A stretch of DNA of 64,000 nt. Origin: an uncultured Methanosarcinales archaeon (GTDB lineage Archaea; Nanobdellota; Nanobdellia; Woesearchaeales; DSVV01). This document shows, one piece after another, positions 59,535 through 64,000 of the stretch. The stretch is from contig CAZKVI010000001.1 in the NCBI GenBank assembly GCA_964556185.1, positions 7,165-71,164 on the forward strand, written 5' to 3'. Numbering within the stretch: position 1 is the first letter of the stretch; each line of letters begins with the position of its first letter. A program made the translations under genes and the position numbers. A model generated the notes under the pieces. That model saw only the letters and a list, made by a program, of their open reading frames with translations. It was not told the DNA's origin and ran no database searches.

Positions 59535-60311
59535 TGCTCTTATTGAAGGAGGCAAAGCAACTGCAGCTCCGCCCCTTGGGCCAGCATTTTAGGTCTCAAA
59601 ACCTATGCTAGAGGACCTGTAGGGGTTAACATCGGCGAAGTTGTAGCTGAAATCAATAAGAGAACTGCTGATTTTAAAGGTATGAAAGTACCTGTTAAGG
59701 TTATAGTAGATACAGATACAAAACAGTTTGAAATTGAAGTAGGTACTCCACCAGCTGCTCAACTTATTAAAACAGAAGCTAAAATTCAAAAAGCAGCATC
59801 TAATCCATTAACAGACAAAGTAGCAGATCTAAAGATCGAGCAAATTATTAAAATATCTAAAATGAAGGAATCTTCTTTATTAGGAAAAGATAATTTCCAA
59901 AGAGTAAAAGAAATTTGTGGAACATGTCAAAGTATGGGTGTTATGGTTGAAGGTAAACCAGCAAATGAAACTATTGCAGACATTAACAAAGGTTCTTTTA
60001 AAGAAAAGATTGAGTCTGGTAAGACTGAATTAAGTGCAGATGAACTTAAAGAAATGGAAGAAGAAAAGAAGAGACTACAAGAAGAACTTGAAAAGAAACG
60101 AACAGAATTCGAAGCAACTGGTAAACAAATTATGAAAGAAATGGAAGGCAAAGAATCTAAAGCAATCAGAGCAAAGATGGTAGAAGAAGGTCTTCCACAA
60201 CAAATTGTTGATCAATTAATGCCAACTGAAAAAGAAGGCGAAGGCGCTGCAAAAGGTGGAGAAGCTAAAGAAGGCGCACCTGCTGAAGCTAATGGCGATA
60301 AGAAAGAATAA
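59515..60311 (+). CDS. rpl11: Ribosomal protein uL11 (L11), with its reading frame interrupted by a 23-nt element near 59589-59612. It carries a ~95-aa charged C-terminal extension.
   Basis: Frame 1 reads MAKETIDALIEGGKATAAPPLGPAF then TAG. Frame 0 continues (LGLKTYAR)GPVGVNIGEVVAEINKRTADFKGMKVPVKVIVDTDTKQFEIEVGTPPAAQLIK... Both halves match the L11 N-domain consensus (GGKATAGPPLGPALGPLGVNI...). The 5' end overlaps the LAGLIDADG ORF by 20 nt. Confidence 0.75.
59589..59611 (+). other. 23-nt frame-disrupting intervening element inside rpl11. Candidates are a BHB/BHL-type mini-intron, a translational bypass element or an indel artefact.
   Basis: Removing ttaggtctcaaaacctatgctag (or the 1-nt-shifted equivalent) restores PPLGPA(L/F)GPVGVNI. 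The UAG stop lies at the base of a potential hairpin (59590-59597 pairing with 59611-59619). Confidence 0.45.
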
Positions 60312-60390
60312 TTCTTTATTTTTAGTTTATATATTATTTTATCATTAAAAAGTACTAATCTTTATATAGAATAGGGTATTCCCAATTGTT

Positions 60391-62520
60391 ATGGGGTTGA
60401 CAGATTTATTAAAAGGTAAAGAAAGAAAAAAACAAGAACAGGCAGCAGTAGAAAGAATTGCAGAAGTTGCAGGGATGGAAAGTGCAGAACTTCTTGGGTA
60501 TCTTCCTGCTAGTCTTATTTATGATCGTGTAAAAACCTTAGAAGGAATTTGTGAAAACGTTAAAGTTGATGGGGAAATTGGAATTAAACGAATTCTTGAT
60601 TCATTATCAAATACTCAAAAATTATTAAGAAAAAATCCAAAGGGTTTGGTTGCTCTTGTAGATAAATATAAAGAACACACATGGGGATTATTAGATGCAT
60701 TTGGAAATAATGCTGTAAGACTAGAAAGAAGGAAGAAATATGGAAGAATTATTCGAGCAGTAAAAGAAAATGCAGGTAGTGATGTAGGAATTGCATTTTC
60801 TTATTTAAAAGTTCCAGTGATGCGTAAATATGGAGATTTGTTAATTTATGCTACTCATTCAGCAGGAGAAAACACAGGCACTATGTTTGATCGTATGAAT
60901 GATTTTTTTGAGGATTATAGAAATAGAAGAACGATTAGAAAGGTTACTGGAATAAGTGCTATGGTTGGTATGGCACTTTTTACAGTTGTAGGATTATTTG
61001 CTTCTTATTCAGATGGATTTACATTATCAAAGCGAGAAGCTTGGGAAGCTTTTACAGATGATGTTAGTGAAGTATCCCATGAAGTTAGAGATATTGGAGA
61101 GGCAGTAGGTCCAAGTTCAAGTGTACCTTTTGTAGGGGGAGAGAAAGAAGACCCCTATATTCGTATGTATCCTTCTTTAACTCCTCCGGGTGGAAATGTA
61201 GGAGTTAATGCAAGGGTTTCAGCTTTTACAGAATTTGGTTTTGAACCTGGAACTATTCCAAGAACACCAGAAAAAAGATATGGATTAGAATTATATGGAG
61301 ATCATGAATTAGTTTTTAATTCTTTTTCTGTTGAAGATGATTGTAGAGAAACATTTTCTTCTGAAGGATATACTATATTTGAATGTAGGAATGATGAAGT
61401 AGATGTTTCTTTTTCAACTGGTTCTTCTAATTTTGAAGATTATTTTCATATTAATGTAGGTTATTCAGTTAATTATACGGAGCCAGGACAACATACATAT
61501 TTATTTAGGGTGTTTGATAGAAATCAAACACTTGCTTCAGATATGGTTACAGTTACATTTACAGGAGAAGAAATGGATTTACATCCTTATTTTACTTCTT
61601 TTTCATTTTGTGATGAAGATGATGTAAATAGTGCAAGTTCTTTGTGTTCACGAGAAGGTGACTTAGGAATGAAAGTTGAGGATATAGGTGATAATCCTGA
61701 CTTAGATAGAGTAGAAGTTTTTCTAAATGGTAAAAAAGTAGGCACACAGAAGATAACAAACCCAGAATCTATTGGAGAAGTTAAGGAGACTGCTTTAGTT
61801 ACTTATGATACATCTGGTCTAACTTTAAATCCAGGAGATTTTGTTACAGCACATGTTTTTGATGGTTCTGGACAATTTGGAAGTGTACGTCCTCTTAAAG
61901 TTGAGGTTGCTTCAAAACCTTCAACTTTAGAACTTGAAGAACTAGTTATTGCAGATGCTGAAGTAAGCGTCGACGATGCAAAACTTCCAGTTTTAAATAC
62001 TACTCAACTCTTTCATGATGCTGAAGAATCATCTAGAGAAACAGTAGAAACAACTCCTACAGAACCAGGAGTTTTCAATGGTTATGAACCTGGATTTAAT
62101 TTTGCTAGAAGATCTCAACAAGAATATAAAGATAGAATTGGTGCTTATGCAAGAGATACTTTTTTTGTTCCAGAGGGAAGAGCAATTAATTATCTTGAAA
62201 CTGATGAAAGTAGTGTTTTCTTTAGACGTTATGCTGAGAACACAACAATGAGTACATATTTTTATTGTAATGGCCCTGATGGTAATCCAGAAAAAGAAAA
62301 GATAATATTTTCTTTCATAGATACTGAATCTGGACACAGATTTGACTACCATATATTCCAAGACGGAAGAACAAGAGAGATTATAACAGACCAAGATGGA
62401 AATAGATCAACAGAAAGTGACGCTGAAACTACTCGCCAGCATCTTGCAGCTATTTTCCAATACTTTGTAAACTCTGGAGAAGTATTAGAAAGTGTACCTG
62501 TTCCAGGTCCAATTGAATAA
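60391..62520 (+). CDS. Hypothetical large protein (709 aa) with one TM helix near aa 185-205.
   Basis: ORF only. It occupies the position where rpl1 would normally follow rpl11. Confidence 0.4.
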   Translation: MGLTDLLKGKERKKQEQAAVERIAEVAGMESAELLGYLPASLIYDRVKTLEGICENVKVDGEIGIKRILDSLSNTQKLLRKNPKGLVALVDKYKEHTWGLLDAFGNNAVRLERRKKYGRIIRAVKENAGSDVGIAFSYLKVPVMRKYGDLLIYATHSAGENTGTMFDRMNDFFEDYRNRRTIRKVTGISAMVGMALFTVVGLFASYSDGFTLSKREAWEAFTDDVSEVSHEVRDIGEAVGPSSSVPFVGGEKEDPYIRMYPSLTPPGGNVGVNARVSAFTEFGFEPGTIPRTPEKRYGLELYGDHELVFNSFSVEDDCRETFSSEGYTIFECRNDEVDVSFSTGSSNFEDYFHINVGYSVNYTEPGQHTYLFRVFDRNQTLASDMVTVTFTGEEMDLHPYFTSFSFCDEDDVNSASSLCSREGDLGMKVEDIGDNPDLDRVEVFLNGKKVGTQKITNPESIGEVKETALVTYDTSGLTLNPGDFVTAHVFDGSGQFGSVRPLKVEVASKPSTLELEELVIADAEVSVDDAKLPVLNTTQLFHDAEESSRETVETTPTEPGVFNGYEPGFNFARRSQQEYKDRIGAYARDTFFVPEGRAINYLETDESSVFFRRYAENTTMSTYFYCNGPDGNPEKEKIIFSFIDTESGHRFDYHIFQDGRTREIITDQDGNRSTESDAETTRQHLAAIFQYFVNSGEVLESVPVPGPIE

Positions 62521-63348
62521 TTAAATTTTCTTAAATTCCAATTTTAATTCTTCAAGAAGTAATTTTATTTGTTCTTTGTAAATTTTTAGGCCTTTCCAGT
62601 CTAAGTAGATTGTTTTGCAGTCTTCAACTGTCTTTTCCATGGCTTGCAAAATCATTTCTTTGTCTAGATTTTCTAGATTGTATTTTGGACAGCAGTGAGC
62701 AAAAGCAATATCTGTTGTTTTTTCATAATATTTTGTAAAGTTTGGCATAGTGTGTAATCCACCAATTGCTAATACTGCTTTGCATTCTTTGATTTTACTT
62801 GTTGTTAAGTGATGTATTGTTTTTGCAATTATGTTTCCACAATCTTTTCTTATCCATTGTTCTTTTGTACTTCCAATTTCAATAAACATTACTGGTTTTT
62901 GTAAAAAAGGACCATGGTGAGTGCATTCTTGGACTACATCAAAGTTTAAATTGTTTAATTCTTTTAGTTTTAAGAATGCTGCTCTTAAATATGAACTTGG
63001 AGCATTACATAATTTTCTATCTTCTCCACCTGCTTCTGCTTTTGTCCAATTTCCAGGAGAATGACAACTTAATGAAGGAATTCCAGACTTGCTTTGGTGT
63101 TTTGTTGCGAAGATGAATAAGTCTGCATCTATTTTGTCGTCGATGTTTTCGCAGAATATTGATGTAATGTCTGTTGTGTAGAGTTTAGTTTGTTTGTTTA
63201 TGTTTGATTTGTTTTCGAGTTGGTAGATTTCATTTCCACCGAATTCTTTGTCTGTTTTATTCCATTTGTATAACTCTAATAAGCATTTTTTAATATTTAC
63301 AGAAGCAGTATCATCTGTTGTTGTAATGATTGCGATTTTTTTGAACAT
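62521..63348 (-). CDS. D-aminoacyl-tRNA deacylase, archaeal DTD2-like (tentative).
   Basis: The N-terminus IAIITTTDDTASVNIKK and the size (~275 aa) resemble the DTD2 family. This rests on weak motif-level recall only. Confidence 0.4.
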   Translation of the reverse strand: MFKKIAIITTTDDTASVNIKKCLLELYKWNKTDKEFGGNEIYQLENKSNINKQTKLYTTDITSIFCENIDDKIDADLFIFATKHQSKSGIPSLSCHSPGNWTKAEAGGEDRKLCNAPSSYLRAAFLKLKELNNLNFDVVQECTHHGPFLQKPVMFIEIGSTKEQWIRKDCGNIIAKTIHHLTTSKIKECKAVLAIGGLHTMPNFTKYYEKTTDIAFAHCCPKYNLENLDKEMILQAMEKTVEDCKTIYLDWKGLKIYKEQIKLLLEELKLEFKKI

Positions 63349-63438
63349 TTACATACCCAAGTGATTAATTTTTACAAATTAATAACTTTGTATATTCTAA
63401 AATTTTAATAATATGTTTATTTACTAATTTTAGAATAT

Positions 63439-63999
63439 CTACTTTTTTGTTTTTCTACTTTTACTTGTTCTTTTCTTAACTACTTTCTTCTTACTCTTGG
63501 TTTTAGTCTTTTTGGTTTTTGTTTTAATTCTCTTTTTCGGTCTTTTCTTTGGTTTTTTTATTTCTGTGTATTTTGCATGCACAAGTTTTCTCATTTTGTT
63601 TAATTCTTTTACATATGGGCAAACTATTTTTATTGGATAGATTTCTCTTCCGTCGAATTCAAAAGCCATGATTTTTACAAAAAACTTACTTCCAATGTTT
63701 CCAGAGACACTTAAGTCTTTATGAACTTTCCATCTTCTATGTTTTCGTGTTTTCTTGACAACAACAAGAACAGATAGAGGTGTTCCACTTCTTGCAATTT
63801 CATCATAATCAGTATCACTTAAGTATTCTGGTCCATCTGGATGAGAATGAAAATCACCAATAACTCTTAAGTCAGTTACTCTTTTAAGAACATAATTCAT
63901 TCTTTTTACTTTATTTGGAGTAACAGAAACTTCAACATAACCTCTTTTTGCACTTTGATAATTTATTGTATCAATTACCATATAATGTTTTCTGTGCAT
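63439..63999 (-). CDS. JAB1/MPN/Mov34 (JAMM) metalloprotease with a Lys-rich C-terminal tail.
   Basis: GDFHSHPDGPEYLSDTD is the JAMM motif H-x-H-x7-S-x2-D. The C-terminus is KKPKKRPKKRIKTKTKKTKTKSKKKVVKKRTSKSRKTKK. Confidence 0.65.
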   Translation of the reverse strand: MHRKHYMVIDTINYQSAKRGYVEVSVTPNKVKRMNYVLKRVTDLRVIGDFHSHPDGPEYLSDTDYDEIARSGTPLSVLVVVKKTRKHRRWKVHKDLSVSGNIGSKFFVKIMAFEFDGREIYPIKIVCPYVKELNKMRKLVHAKYTEIKKPKKRPKKRIKTKTKKTKTKSKKKVVKKRTSKSRKTKK

Positions 64000-64000
64000 T

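Noticed and set aside
58243-63140. Recurrent gtcgac / gtcgtcgac strings (for example 48520, 52698, 56671, 58243, 61966, 63131) as a possible repeat family or restriction-site motif.
   Set aside because: They mostly fall in coding sequence encoding Asp-Asp/Val-Asp dipeptides, and the contexts are unrelated. No common flanks were found.
1-64000. Search for tRNA, rRNA and CRISPR arrays.
   Set aside because: No T-loop/anticodon-arm candidates (GGTTCGAATCC-like) were seen in intergenic regions. No rRNA-like conserved blocks were found. No regularly spaced direct repeats were found.

Overview
This is a strongly AT-rich (about 30-33% GC by eye), gene-dense window that I read as archaeal, most likely a small-genome DPANN-like or euryarchaeal-type lineage. 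I did all analysis by reading the sequence and translations; no searches were run.

Reasons for the archaeal call: a thermosome, ribosomal protein eS17, a class I lysyl-tRNA synthetase, an archaeal/eukaryotic-type TrpRS, an archaeal-type cytidylate kinase, a Dph2 diphthamide enzyme, an FKBP, and the conserved ftsZ-secE-spt5(nusG)-rpl11 cluster.

Main contents, in order:
- One 3274-aa giant HEAT-repeat membrane protein (4..9828).
- Nucleotide, folate and purine housekeeping genes: nucleoside hydrolase, SHMT, PurD, 5-formyl-THF cyclo-ligase, PNP/Udp-like, P5C dehydrogenase and an Asn-synthetase-like PP-loop ATPase.
- Two aminoacyl-tRNA synthetases (TrpRS, class I LysRS).
- A retropepsin-like protease plus RimK-like ATP-grasp pair.
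- A two-component cluster with three CheY-like receivers, two tandem histidine kinases, a lipoprotein and a secreted protein.
- Several secreted or surface proteins: PKD repeats, a TPR/transglutaminase-like protein, and an S-layer-like protein.
- A thermosome, cmk, FKBP, ftsZ, secE and spt5.

The most unusual locus is 57.4-60.3 kb. An XRE-HTH plus double-LAGLIDADG homing-endonuclease-like gene and a membrane protein gene lie between spt5 and rpl11. The rpl11 reading frame is broken by a 23-nt out-of-frame element directly after the conserved PPLGPA motif; this could be a mini-intron, translational bypass or an indel.

Other notable items:
- An N-terminally truncated two-domain Dph2 next to a GC-rich Rossmann-like gene, upstream of eS17.
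- An amino-acid permease fused to a methyltransferase.
- A hairpin-pair motif repeated at two intergenic sites.
- A 43-bp palindrome upstream of a response regulator.
- Several GC-elevated, possibly horizontally acquired genes.
- Widespread charged low-complexity extensions on FtsZ, Spt5, eS17 and L11.

I found no tRNA, rRNA or CRISPR array.
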